NCBI GenBank assembly: GCA_963696295.1 | Contig: CAVOJR010000001.1 | Coordinates: 1,376,001-1,440,000 of the forward strand | Source: an uncultured Chlamydiae bacterium | GTDB lineage: Bacteria > Chlamydiota > Chlamydiia > Chlamydiales > JAJFMB01 | DNA length: 64,000 nucleotides | Reading direction: 5' to 3' | Shown: positions 1 through 9,566 of the stretch, piece after piece | How the letters are laid out: every line of letters starts with the position of its first letter | Numbering within the stretch: position 1 is the first letter of the stretch | Notes under the pieces: generated by a model | What the model was told of the DNA's origin: nothing | Databases searched by the model: none | The model's input: only the letters and a program-made list of their open reading frames with translations | Program-made: the position numbers and the translations under genes

Positions 1-194
1 ACTACATTCCGGTTCACAATGATATGTCTAATTTGCCCGATCAAATAGCGTGGGCTTTGAAGCATGACAAAAAGTGCCGGGAAATGGCTGAGGAAGCCAA
101 ATTGTTTGCTAAAACTCATTTACTGCCTGAGCATATTTTGCTATATTGCTACAAGGTGTTGTTAAAATATGCTTCATTGATGAGGGTGGAATAA
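1..194 (+). CDS. 3' end (partial) of a GT90/CAP10-like glycosyltransferase, paralog of the next gene
   Basis: The frame from position 3 reads YIPVHNDMSNLPDQIAWALKHD...THLLPEHILLYCYKVLLKYASLMRVE* (TAA 192-194), closely matching the C-terminus of the 197..1264 protein. Confidence 0.8.
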   Translation, partial: YIPVHNDMSNLPDQIAWALKHDKKCREMAEEAKLFAKTHLLPEHILLYCYKVLLKYASLMRVE

Positions 195-196
195 AA

Positions 197-1264
197 ATGA
201 AACACGTCTTCTTTATCTTTTTTTACTCTTGTTTACTTTGGTCAAAAGAGTGGGCTCCCATCCCTTTAACGGAACCCGGACATGAATGGATGGACGCGGC
301 GATCGAAATGGACTTTGCAAATTTTGAAAGTGGAATCAGCCGGTCGCTTATAGAGCAAAATTGGAATGTTTTAAAAACAGATAATAACTTCCAAAGATTT
401 AAAATTATCGGCTCTAAGATATATGGTCCGAAGGGTCAAATACGGAATCTCCTTAAGGCCATGGTGAAACATTACCCTATGCCGGATATTGATTTTATCT
501 GGTACAATTGGGACTGTGTGAGAGACCTTCCTAATTCCCAAAATTTTGCCCCCATTTTTGTCAGCGCCAAAAGAACAGATCAAAAAGAATGCGTATTATT
601 CGTGGATTGGTTTTACGATATCGAGGGCAATTTGCCCATGTCCTGGAATAAAATCATCGCCCTTTTTGACACACAAGGAGACCAGCCGGCCTGGTCAAAC
701 AAAATCGAAAAGTTGTTTTGGCGCGGAAGCGGAACGGATGGGTTCTATGCCATCAATAACTATGCAAAAAATCCAAGGGCCAAACTCGTTTTATTATCCA
801 AAAAAAATCCCACTATTGACGCCGCCTTTGTCACGCCCGGCCCCTTTGGCAAAACCCTGCCGCCATGGACATACGCGTTTCGTTTAACCCCTCACGTTCC
901 TCTAATCGATCATCTCAAATACAAGTACCAATTAATTATTGACGGTTTGACCTGCACTTATCCGGGCACTCAATGGCGCCTCTATTCCGGGTGTCTTTCC
1001 TTTAAGCAGGAATCAGACAATATCATGTGGTTTTTTGGCGAATTGCAGCCCTATGTGCATTATATTCCCGTGCACAATGATATGTCTAACCTGGTTGCGC
1101 AGGTCGATTGGGCTATACAGAATGACGCTGAAGCCCAACAAATCGCCAATCAGGCCAAGTTGTTTGCAGCCACGCATTTGATGCCGGAGCATATTTTGCT
1201 CTACTGCTACAAGGCCTTGCTAAAATACGCATCATTGCAGACCTTTCAGCCCGTCGCTGATTGA
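197..1264 (+). CDS. Glycosyltransferase family 90 (CAP10/KDELC-like), signal peptide
   Basis: Motifs KLFWRG, YKYQLIIDG and LQPYVHYIPV. Start moved from 146 to ATG 197, 2 nt after the upstream stop; the N-terminus MKHVFFIFFYSCLLW is hydrophobic. Confidence 0.75.
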   Translation: MKHVFFIFFYSCLLWSKEWAPIPLTEPGHEWMDAAIEMDFANFESGISRSLIEQNWNVLKTDNNFQRFKIIGSKIYGPKGQIRNLLKAMVKHYPMPDIDFIWYNWDCVRDLPNSQNFAPIFVSAKRTDQKECVLFVDWFYDIEGNLPMSWNKIIALFDTQGDQPAWSNKIEKLFWRGSGTDGFYAINNYAKNPRAKLVLLSKKNPTIDAAFVTPGPFGKTLPPWTYAFRLTPHVPLIDHLKYKYQLIIDGLTCTYPGTQWRLYSGCLSFKQESDNIMWFFGELQPYVHYIPVHNDMSNLVAQVDWAIQNDAEAQQIANQAKLFAATHLMPEHILLYCYKALLKYASLQTFQPVAD

Positions 1265-1446
1265 ACTAAACAGGCTAAGGCTTCCTTAGGAATCCAGCTT
1301 GTTAACTATAGAAGTGAAGGCTGCGCATGACGTTCCCATGCCCGCTTTTGACTTCGATTCAGTTCTTGGCCGATAAATCTTTCTTCCCCGATTTTCAAAT
1401 CCTTCCAACGGATGCAAAACTTGTTGGCTGTTTTCCAAGGTAAAGC

Positions 1447-1659
1447 CTATTGCCGCCTCTCGGAATCCTGGATGGGATAGGTGGTGTTGGCCGCGCGCTC
1501 AAGCTGCTGCCAATAGCCCGGATCGAACCACCCCCGGGTGCCGTTCCAGAAGTAGAACAGGGTTAAAAAACCCCAAATCGGCAGGATGATATAGGTCAAA
1601 ATGAGCCAGCGGGGCACTTTGTTGTGCGCCTCTTGAATGCCATATTCTTGTTCTTCCAT
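1447..1659 (-). CDS. cbb3 oxidase CcoP N-terminal-domain-only protein (no heme motif)
   Basis: GIQEAHNKVPRW plus a TM helix resembles the FixP/CcoP N-terminus (GIxEyDNPlPrWW). No CxxCH; last gene of the cco cluster. Confidence 0.7.
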   Translation of the reverse strand: MEEQEYGIQEAHNKVPRWLILTYIILPIWGFLTLFYFWNGTRGWFDPGYWQQLERAANTTYPIQDSERRQ

Positions 1660-1665
1660 AGCTTC

Positions 1666-2931
1666 TCACGGTTTTATTGTTTTCTTCCCTTCGATAATCA
1701 GTTTGGTCTGCACAGGATCCTTGCCAAGCCACCACGCTTCGGTCGGCGGGGTGATGCGGGTGCCTTTGGTCATCAAATATTGATAAAGGGCTTCAAATTG
1801 GCGGTTGGGGATGCCAGGGGATATTCCAAGCGACTTGCCGCTGGGGTCTTCATCGAAAAAGTGCTTTAAGGCGGGCATGATCGACCCCTTGCTCGCCGTT
1901 TTTGGGGACCAGAAATGCCCTTTGTGCCAGTCGCGGCTCGGCCGCTTTATGCCGACGCGGGAAAGATCGGGCCCGATCCTTCGCGTGCCGGGAAAGGTGA
2001 TTTCTTGAAAGATATACTCATTGGCAGAAGAGGGCGGGGCGGGATAGGAATCGGAGCCGTTCAAAACCACATCCTGCACTAACGTGCGCGTCTGATCCGT
2101 GTGGCAATAAAAGCACCCCTCTTTCGCAAAAAGGCGCTCACCTTCGTGAATGAGCTCTTGCCGCGAGCGAAAACCGAGCGGATTGCTCTTCAGCTCCTCC
2201 AAAGAGCTTATTTTTTTCCCTGCGGGATCATAGCGCCACCCCGTTTCCTGGCCGAAGGTGTAGCTTAAAACGCGATACTCTTCCGGGTTTTTGACAAAAA
2301 TGACGCCGGAGCTTTTATGATACTCCTGCTTCGGATCAAGTATCACATAATTTTTATCCACCCAGCTCTCTAAAACCCCTTCCGTAGTCGCCAGGGCAAA
2401 AGCTTCATTTTCCTGCGGATCATAGAGTTCCAAAATGGTAAAGCGGGGCAGGGTCAACTCCTCCTTTTCAAAACCGGGATGGGCGAGCCGCCACTCCTCC
2501 TGCAATTTTTTCCTTAAGGTATCCGCTGCCTGTTGGGCGTTTTTCTGCGGCTGGCGGAGCAGCAAAAGTCGGGAGGTCAGACGCAGCACCGGATCCTCTT
2601 TTCGCGTTATATAGGTCTCCAGATCAGCCGGCGCCACGATCCGGAAAGTATCGTTTTCATTAAATGAGAGCAGCGTGAAATCTTTTTTTAAGTGGTACGC
2701 AAACTCCAGGTTCTGCCCTTTAGTTGAAGAACTGCTGATGTAGAAATTCGGGTCGGCTATCGTGTACATCTGGACCTGATAGGCGCTCGACGGCGTGGTC
2801 CAGGAGGAATCGACATGCCTTGGCGCAATCAGGGTCACAAATATCGCCGTAGAAAAGAGCAAAATGATGCCGATAATGGTCAGAACGGCTGATTTTTCAA
2901 CTTTAAAGGGTGCCATGAGCTCGCCTTTCAT
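1666..2931 (-). CDS. ccoO: cbb3-type cytochrome c oxidase subunit II with a large insertion
   Basis: N-terminal TM, EGCFYCH, GTRRIGPDL and SIMP; directly follows ccoN. Alternative start at 2916. Confidence 0.85.
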   Translation of the reverse strand: MKGELMAPFKVEKSAVLTIIGIILLFSTAIFVTLIAPRHVDSSWTTPSSAYQVQMYTIADPNFYISSSSTKGQNLEFAYHLKKDFTLLSFNENDTFRIVAPADLETYITRKEDPVLRLTSRLLLLRQPQKNAQQAADTLRKKLQEEWRLAHPGFEKEELTLPRFTILELYDPQENEAFALATTEGVLESWVDKNYVILDPKQEYHKSSGVIFVKNPEEYRVLSYTFGQETGWRYDPAGKKISSLEELKSNPLGFRSRQELIHEGERLFAKEGCFYCHTDQTRTLVQDVVLNGSDSYPAPPSSANEYIFQEITFPGTRRIGPDLSRVGIKRPSRDWHKGHFWSPKTASKGSIMPALKHFFDEDPSGKSLGISPGIPNRQFEALYQYLMTKGTRITPPTEAWWLGKDPVQTKLIIEGKKTIKP

Positions 2932-4324
2932 AGGAGGGTTCTAATAAAATGGTGTTGTACATATTCAGCACAAACAAGATGTTGCCAAGCAAGATGATCA
3001 AACCGCCGACCGCCCGGAAGATCCAAGAAAGATGCATCCGGCTCACCGTCTCTAAAAAGGGCAATTCAGCCAAATGGCGATGGTATTCGGCGTAAGTCGA
3101 CCCCTCAGCCCACGTGGACCACATCATCCCTTGCCAAAAGCCGGCAATGGACAAAGTAAAGATAAATGGGAAAATGCCCCACACATTGAGGGAAAAGTGC
3201 CAGTCGGCCAGGCGGTCGGACCAAAGGGGCTTGTTCGTGATGGCGGGAATGACGAGATAAACCCCCGAAAAGGCGAAAAAGGAGAAAGTGGCGAAGAGGG
3301 AGATATGGGAATGGCCGATAATCCAATCGGTTTTCGAGGTGATCTCGTTCACATTGCGCAGCGCCTGCAAAGGGCCTTGTATACAGGTCATCAGGTAAAA
3401 AAGCACTCCCATGGTGGTGAAGCGCACCGCCGCGCTTTCCGTGTATTTTTCCCAATTGCCCTTTAGCGTGCCGAAAAGGTTTGTGATCACGGTCCAGACG
3501 GGGATGAAAAGCCAGATGGAGAAGATGATCGACACCGTCTGCAGCCACTGCGGCATCGGTCCGTGCATCATATGGTGCGCCCCTACCCAGGCATAGACGA
3601 AAGCGATAGACCAGAAGCCGATGAGCGAGAGGCGGTGGCTGTAGATCGGAGTATTGGTGAGTTTGGGCAGAACATAGTAGGCGATGCCTAAACCCATCGG
3701 CGTAAAAATAAGGCCGACCAGGTTATGCATATAGAAGAAATTGACGTTGACTCTCGATATCCCCCCGGGCACAAAATTGATAAAATAGACTCCGGCCAGA
3801 TAAGTGAAGGTGGTCCAGATTAAAGTGCCCATCACATACCAGAGGGAGACATATAATTTCTCAAAGCGCCTTAAGGCAATGGTGGCAAACAGGTTGATCA
3901 CAACCAGGATCCAGGCGATTGTGACCAAAGGCTTCGTCGGGATCCACCCCACCCAATTGGGCAGCTCGGCATACTCCCATCCGAAATTGGTGCCGAAAGG
4001 GTAGGAAAAGGTGGCGATAATCAGCGCAAACCACCAGATGGCGATGGAGCAGTAAGCCAGTCTCGGGCTCCAGAGCGGCACGCCGCACAATCTGGGAACC
4101 AGATAGTAAAATAAACCGATATTGGCCGACAGCAGCCACAGCCAGGCCACAGAGAAAACATGCACCGGGCGCAGGCGGCCGAAATGCAAATACTCCCCCG
4201 AAAAGTAATCGGGGAAGACAAAGGCGTTAAAGGCCAAAAATGTGCCGAGAGTCATCCCCACCACTAAAAAAAGCAGGGCGGGATAGATCATTAATTTTAC
4301 GGGAGTGTCATTGTACTTCGTCAT
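2903..4324 (-). CDS. ccoN: cbb3-type cytochrome c oxidase subunit I
   Basis: RLRPVH, YMHNLVG, YAWVGAHH and TDWIIGHSH supply all six His ligands and the helix-VII Tyr typical of C-family heme-copper oxidases. Confidence 0.92.
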   Translation of the reverse strand: MTKYNDTPVKLMIYPALLFLVVGMTLGTFLAFNAFVFPDYFSGEYLHFGRLRPVHVFSVAWLWLLSANIGLFYYLVPRLCGVPLWSPRLAYCSIAIWWFALIIATFSYPFGTNFGWEYAELPNWVGWIPTKPLVTIAWILVVINLFATIALRRFEKLYVSLWYVMGTLIWTTFTYLAGVYFINFVPGGISRVNVNFFYMHNLVGLIFTPMGLGIAYYVLPKLTNTPIYSHRLSLIGFWSIAFVYAWVGAHHMMHGPMPQWLQTVSIIFSIWLFIPVWTVITNLFGTLKGNWEKYTESAAVRFTTMGVLFYLMTCIQGPLQALRNVNEITSKTDWIIGHSHISLFATFSFFAFSGVYLVIPAITNKPLWSDRLADWHFSLNVWGIFPFIFTLSIAGFWQGMMWSTWAEGSTYAEYHRHLAELPFLETVSRMHLSWIFRAVGGLIILLGNILFVLNMYNTILLEPSYERRAHGTL

Positions 4325-7300
4325 TTAATTCAGCCTGTTTTTTTTGATATTGTTGGTAGATTGCCTGTTGTTTTTGCACCGATCGTTTAGCGTCTCCAAG
4401 ACCGGCGGCGATCTGGTGTTCCAGCTTTTGATAGGCGGCGAGTTCCGAATCGATTTTGCTCCTCTCAACCTCCCGCTCTGCTGAGGAGATCTTCCCTTCC
4501 GCCTGAATTTTTTCCTGTTCTAAAACTCTTTTCGACTGACCGATTTCCCGGATGAGTTCCTCGCTTGTCCGGCTGATTTGTTCCTCTTTTTCAGGGCTCC
4601 AGTTGAACTCTAAACGCCCCTCTTTCAAAGTGTACCGGCCGTCATTCAAGCGGATGATCTTTATCATGTTCTCCAGGGCGGCGTCGCTCGTCATTTTGCT
4701 GAGGACGCTCACGCCCATGTTTTGATAAATCTCCCGCTCCCGCTTCACTTCCTCTTTCAGATCATTCAGGAGCTGATCCGCCAAGCGAAATTTGGCGAGC
4801 CGTTCTTGTAATTTTATCTCTTGCGCATAGGCTTCTCCGGCCTTTTCAGGGGAAGAACGGGCAAGCTCCTCCCTCATCTGATGCGTTTGCCCGATTTTCA
4901 CTTGCACCAGTTCCATTTTTTTATACTCGCCGACCCGGGCCTCTTCAATCACGCGATCCGACCGGTTAAATCCCTGATAGAGGGCATTAAAGAGCTTGTT
5001 GCGCCGCTCCGGCTCTTCGCTTAAGGTGCGGATGAACATCACAAGCTGCATCCTTTGCAAGGAGCTGGTGAGATCCCCCCAGGGAGTCATGGCGGTGCCG
5101 GGCACGCCGAATTTGATCGAACGGAGCAGGCGCAAATCGTCGCGCGTTTCTATCCAGTTCAAATTAGTCAGCATGCGCGGTTTGGCCTCTTTCAAAAACT
5201 CGGCGCGCTGTCCGCTGCCCTCCCCTTCAGCACCGTGGCAGGCGGCGCAATTCATTTCAAAAAACTGCTTCCCTTCCAGTAAATTTTCCGGGGTGTAGTA
5301 TTCTTTTTTGATGTAATAGCCATATTTCTCTTCACCCGGGACGGGAGCTTGGCGTTTGTCAAATACATCATCCACAGAAGAATTTGGGACAGTGGGGTTT
5401 AGAGCGGCATAATACTCATGGCCCGTCGGCAGAAAGGCGAGCTTTCCCTTTTTTAATTTCTGATAATTCCCTTCTTCCCGCAGCTCCTCCAAAACTTTCT
5501 CAGGACTATATTGCCATTTCGGCACCTCCTCCTCGGAGCGGATAATCTGAGAACCAGGCAGCGTGGCAAACAGCCAGTCGACAATCTGGTTGGCCTGATC
5601 GCGGGTGATGACGGGAATGCCATCCGCCGTCGGTTTATCCGTGGCCACTTCCCCCCAAGGCGGCATCGGCGTGCCGTGCACTCCATGGATGATGGCCTGC
5701 ACTACCCTTTCTTTCGTCAAATTGCGCATAAATTGGGCGTTTCGCAAATTTTTCGGTATGGGGTAGATCCATTCCGCAACGGGGCCGTTGCCCTCCAAAA
5801 ATTCCCCGTGGCATTGGGCGCAATAAATTTTCACCGCTGTTTGCGGGTCAAAACCGCGCAGCTTCCAAATTTCATCCACCTCGTTTCGATTTTTTACGGA
5901 GAGTTGATCCAGCATATTTATCAGGGCATAAAACTTCGTGTCATCAAAGGGAAAGGCCGGCATGATGGACCTTGCCGATGTTGAGCCCGGATTGCGGAAA
6001 TGCTCCATCAGCTCCTCGTCGCTGCGATAAATGCCGGACCAATTCGGGCGCGGACCCACCAGCCGCCCAAGGCCATACTCCTGAATATAAACCAGCAAGA
6101 CCCTCTTCACCCGCTTTTTCCACGCTTCCAGCCCGGCTAGCGCTTTGGCTTTTTCCACCGGATTTTTGGCGAGCCTTACTTTTTCCGTAAATTCGTAATT
6201 TTTGGCGCGGAAAGCGTATTTGAAATTGGAATAGTACGATTCGATCGTATCGGGAAATTTAGCGTCGATCTCCTCTAAGAGAGAATCTTTCCGGACCCCA
6301 TCGACAATCCGCTCATCGATCTCTTTCGCATGCTGATCGATCGCTTTGACAATGTCCGACCCCTTGATTTCTTCCGGAAACAGCTGAGAAAACCACTGCT
6401 TTTCCTTGTAAACTTCAGAGAAAGGGGGCTTCGCTCCTTTTTCGATCTTAAAACCTGCATCCGATTCAAAACCTTTTAAGCGATGGCAGGCCGCGCACCC
6501 TTCCGTCGCAAACACCGTCATGGCGAACCGCAAATCTTTCATCTCGACAGGCGTGACAGGCTTCTCCCAAGGCAGCTTCTTACCCTGCTCCCATTGTTGT
6601 ATGGCGATTTTTTTCTCGGTGGCCGACTTGACCTGGCTATCGCTCCTTTGGCCGAGCAAATAGGTGACAAGCCCTTCCAGCTCTTCGTGATCGAGATGGT
6701 AGTTTGGCATGGTGGAGGTCTTTAAGTCCCATTGAGGCCAAACAATCTTTTCCTTAATGTACCAGGGATACCCCGCCCCTTCATTGGTCAGCTCCGGACC
6801 GACGCCGCCGCGGGCAAAGCCGCTGATGCGGTGGCAGGCGTAGCAGGCTTGCGAAAGAAAAAGGCTTTTTCCCTGGTGATAGCCGGCTGTCAGGTAGTCG
6901 ATATCCGATTGCATCGAGTTGATCACTTTTTGATCCGATGCGGTGTAAGAAAACGTTTTTTCCGTGTCTTTAATATGCTGTTTGACCGCTTCTTCCAGAT
7001 TGATTTGGCTCAATTTGACAAATATTGTGCCCGTGGCGGCATCGTCGTTCAGATGAGCCTCTAAAAACTTATCGAGGGCAGCCATAGAAGGGGGCTGTTT
7101 TTCCAGCTCTCCGGCCAGCCCGGGAGAGCCTAAACTGCCTGCGATTTGCCGGTTAATCCTCTCTAAGGGGGCCTCTGCTTTTAAAAAGCTCAATTGCGAT
7201 TCGAAAGCTTTAATTTGCGCTGCGGAGAGGGAATAATTTTGCGTTTGCTTCTTTAACTGCTCTTCCGTTTTTTCCAGGCCCTCTCTTTTGATTTGGTCCT

Positions 7301-8228
7301 GCAACTGCCAAAGGGAAAGCAGCTCTTCTTTTTCCCTTTCAAAGCCGGTATTAATCGCCTGCGCCTTCTCTTGCCCCCTTTTGGCGAGCACTTGAACGCC
7401 GCTCACGCTGTTTATCAAAGCCCCTTCGCTCGACTGGTGGCATTGCACACACTTGGCCTGCATCAAAGATCCCACCAAAATCGGAGTGGTTTGAAAGAGC
7501 AGTTCATTGCCCGGTTTTGAATTAAACACCGTGGCAAATTGGGGATCGTTTAAATAATCTCTTTCCAGAAATTGGGGCCTCGGTCCCATAAATTCCACTT
7601 CATATGTCCCGTCGAAGACCGGACCGTGGGCTTTATCGGTTGTCAAACCCCGGCCGTTTCCGCCGTGGCAGGAGGCGCAGCCATAATCGTCAAGGGGGTG
7701 GTATTCGAAGGGGCGCGTCTCCCGGCCTATTAAAGGATGCATCTGCAGCACTTTGGCGACATCGTAAGTGTGGTCGCCGACTTGGGCTGTCTTTAAAGCC
7801 TTTAAGCGGTCGGCTTCGCTTGAGTCTCCAAGCTCTTTAATCTTTTGATCCAAACGCAAAAAGACATAATTTTCGTTGGGGATTTTGAGCGGCCAGCCCC
7901 GCTCATCCAGCTTCAGGTTGCCGTTGACGTCGTAGGCGAGCTTGGTGGGGGAAAAGTCGGGAAGCTGCAAGGCGACGTGGCAGGAGATGCAGCGGTCGAT
8001 CTTTTCCGGCCCTTTTTCCGGATTCAGGATGACAATTTGCTTCACTCCGAATTGAAATTCCGGCGGGGGCTGCCCTGTGTAGGTGGAGCGGAACTCCTCC
8101 AAAGCGACATAATCTTTTTGATAGATGCGGTACTCCGGAAAAATCTCCCGGTACAAAAAAACGCCGAACAGGGCCGATACAATGACCCCAAGAAAAATCA
8201 AAACTATTTGGTACAAATCAGATCGCAT
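4308..8228 (-). CDS. Membrane-anchored multiheme (7x CxxCH) cytochrome c, 1306 aa
   Basis: N-terminal TM; CISCH, CASCH, CVQCH, CYACH, CAACH, CAQCH, CAACH; several MP axial-Met motifs; coiled-coil-like C-terminus. Confidence 0.9.
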   Translation of the reverse strand: MRSDLYQIVLIFLGVIVSALFGVFLYREIFPEYRIYQKDYVALEEFRSTYTGQPPPEFQFGVKQIVILNPEKGPEKIDRCISCHVALQLPDFSPTKLAYDVNGNLKLDERGWPLKIPNENYVFLRLDQKIKELGDSSEADRLKALKTAQVGDHTYDVAKVLQMHPLIGRETRPFEYHPLDDYGCASCHGGNGRGLTTDKAHGPVFDGTYEVEFMGPRPQFLERDYLNDPQFATVFNSKPGNELLFQTTPILVGSLMQAKCVQCHQSSEGALINSVSGVQVLAKRGQEKAQAINTGFEREKEELLSLWQLQDQIKREGLEKTEEQLKKQTQNYSLSAAQIKAFESQLSFLKAEAPLERINRQIAGSLGSPGLAGELEKQPPSMAALDKFLEAHLNDDAATGTIFVKLSQINLEEAVKQHIKDTEKTFSYTASDQKVINSMQSDIDYLTAGYHQGKSLFLSQACYACHRISGFARGGVGPELTNEGAGYPWYIKEKIVWPQWDLKTSTMPNYHLDHEELEGLVTYLLGQRSDSQVKSATEKKIAIQQWEQGKKLPWEKPVTPVEMKDLRFAMTVFATEGCAACHRLKGFESDAGFKIEKGAKPPFSEVYKEKQWFSQLFPEEIKGSDIVKAIDQHAKEIDERIVDGVRKDSLLEEIDAKFPDTIESYYSNFKYAFRAKNYEFTEKVRLAKNPVEKAKALAGLEAWKKRVKRVLLVYIQEYGLGRLVGPRPNWSGIYRSDEELMEHFRNPGSTSARSIMPAFPFDDTKFYALINMLDQLSVKNRNEVDEIWKLRGFDPQTAVKIYCAQCHGEFLEGNGPVAEWIYPIPKNLRNAQFMRNLTKERVVQAIIHGVHGTPMPPWGEVATDKPTADGIPVITRDQANQIVDWLFATLPGSQIIRSEEEVPKWQYSPEKVLEELREEGNYQKLKKGKLAFLPTGHEYYAALNPTVPNSSVDDVFDKRQAPVPGEEKYGYYIKKEYYTPENLLEGKQFFEMNCAACHGAEGEGSGQRAEFLKEAKPRMLTNLNWIETRDDLRLLRSIKFGVPGTAMTPWGDLTSSLQRMQLVMFIRTLSEEPERRNKLFNALYQGFNRSDRVIEEARVGEYKKMELVQVKIGQTHQMREELARSSPEKAGEAYAQEIKLQERLAKFRLADQLLNDLKEEVKREREIYQNMGVSVLSKMTSDAALENMIKIIRLNDGRYTLKEGRLEFNWSPEKEEQISRTSEELIREIGQSKRVLEQEKIQAEGKISSAEREVERSKIDSELAAYQKLEHQIAAGLGDAKRSVQKQQAIYQQYQKKQAELNDEVQ

Positions 8229-8230
8229 GC

Positions 8231-9556
8231 CTAATGCCTAATATAGGTTTCTGTCCAGGGCCAAATCCAGTGCCAGTTGGCTCCTCGAAAATAGGTGCCC
8301 ACGATAATCATCAATCCCTGCCACGTCATGAAGGCCGTATAGAGAAAAATCGCGACATAGCGGCTCCTATGAAACCAGACACCCTGCCCATGCGGATTGC
8401 GGTCGAGATAGGGAATGGACATCAGCCCTAAAACAAAAATTAAGGGCATCATCACGCCGCCCCAGAACGCATCGTAGGCCACCATCTCCTGCAATCCCAA
8501 AAAATACCAGGGAGCCTTGGAGGGGTTGGGAGGTTTGCTCGGATTGGCGGGCTCTTCCAGCGGCGCATCAATAAATGAGAGGAGGAGCACCAAAGCTGTG
8601 GTAAATAAAAACGCAACCAATTCAGCTCTTAAGAGATGCGGCCAGGTAAAGACGAAATTGTAAGGGCCCTTATCCACTGTGGGACAAGTGCCGCGCACAA
8701 GCTCCATCAAACCATACGTGCGCTTTACTCCCGGGGCAAACGATTCTTTGGTGTCGGAGCGCTGCACCACGCGGTAGGGGTCGGGGCGGATTTTATCGGG
8801 CGGCCGCGACAACCCCCCGTCTTTGCGGATGCGCCAGAAATGAACGCCGATCAAAGTCCCTGCCAATAGGGGCAGCAAAGCCACATGCAGCACGTAAAAG
8901 CGGATCAGCGCATCTTGCCCCACACTCGTTGAGGCGAGAAGCATGACGCGGTTGATGTTGTACTCAAAACCGGGCAGATTAGGCGCGTAGCCGGCAATAT
9001 TCGTTCCCACCGTGATAGCCCAGAACGCGAGCTGATCCCAAGGCAAAAGATAGCCGGTGAAGGAGAGCAAAAGGGTGAGCAGCATCAAAAAAACCCCCAC
9101 CACCCAGTTAAAGCGGCGCTCTCCCTTATAGGATCCCGTATAAAAAACCCGGGACATGTGCAGAAAAACAAAAAGCACCATCAAGTGGGCGCTCCAGCGG
9201 TGCATGTTGCGGTACATATTGGCAAATGGAGTCGTGTCCTGCCAGTCCTTCATAATGTCGTAGGCGCGGTCCTCGGCCGGAATATAATAAAACATCAGAA
9301 CAATGCCCGTGAAGACCAGAATCAAAAATAAACTCATGGTGATCGCGCCAAGCCCCAAAGTATAAAAGGGGTCGAGAGAATGTTTGTGGCATTTCACCGG
9401 ATGGAAATGGAGGAAGAAGTTTTTAAACACCACTTCCGAGCGGTCGACATCGTTGTTGGGGTAGTTGTGCCTGAATATCGAGCGCACAAATTCCTTGGGC
9501 AGATTCAGCAGATGCTGGCCAAAAGATTCCCTCTCCTTTCCGCTAAAGACAGCCAT
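8231..9556 (-). CDS. petB: Cytochrome b (b6 + subunit IV-like fusion) of a Rieske/cytb complex
   Basis: RNMHRWSAH..LHMSR, GYLLPWDQ, FYVLH..GVHF; Qo motif variant APWYF. Confidence 0.88.
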   Translation of the reverse strand: MAVFSGKERESFGQHLLNLPKEFVRSIFRHNYPNNDVDRSEVVFKNFFLHFHPVKCHKHSLDPFYTLGLGAITMSLFLILVFTGIVLMFYYIPAEDRAYDIMKDWQDTTPFANMYRNMHRWSAHLMVLFVFLHMSRVFYTGSYKGERRFNWVVGVFLMLLTLLLSFTGYLLPWDQLAFWAITVGTNIAGYAPNLPGFEYNINRVMLLASTSVGQDALIRFYVLHVALLPLLAGTLIGVHFWRIRKDGGLSRPPDKIRPDPYRVVQRSDTKESFAPGVKRTYGLMELVRGTCPTVDKGPYNFVFTWPHLLRAELVAFLFTTALVLLLSFIDAPLEEPANPSKPPNPSKAPWYFLGLQEMVAYDAFWGGVMMPLIFVLGLMSIPYLDRNPHGQGVWFHRSRYVAIFLYTAFMTWQGLMIIVGTYFRGANWHWIWPWTETYIRH

Positions 9557-9566
9557 TATATCGCTC

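Noticed and set aside
2903..4324. Nitric oxide reductase NorB
   Set aside because: It has the cbb3 helix-VII Tyr (YAWVGAHH) and CcoO/CcoP/CcoS-like partners, and lacks the HLWVEG-type NOR motif.
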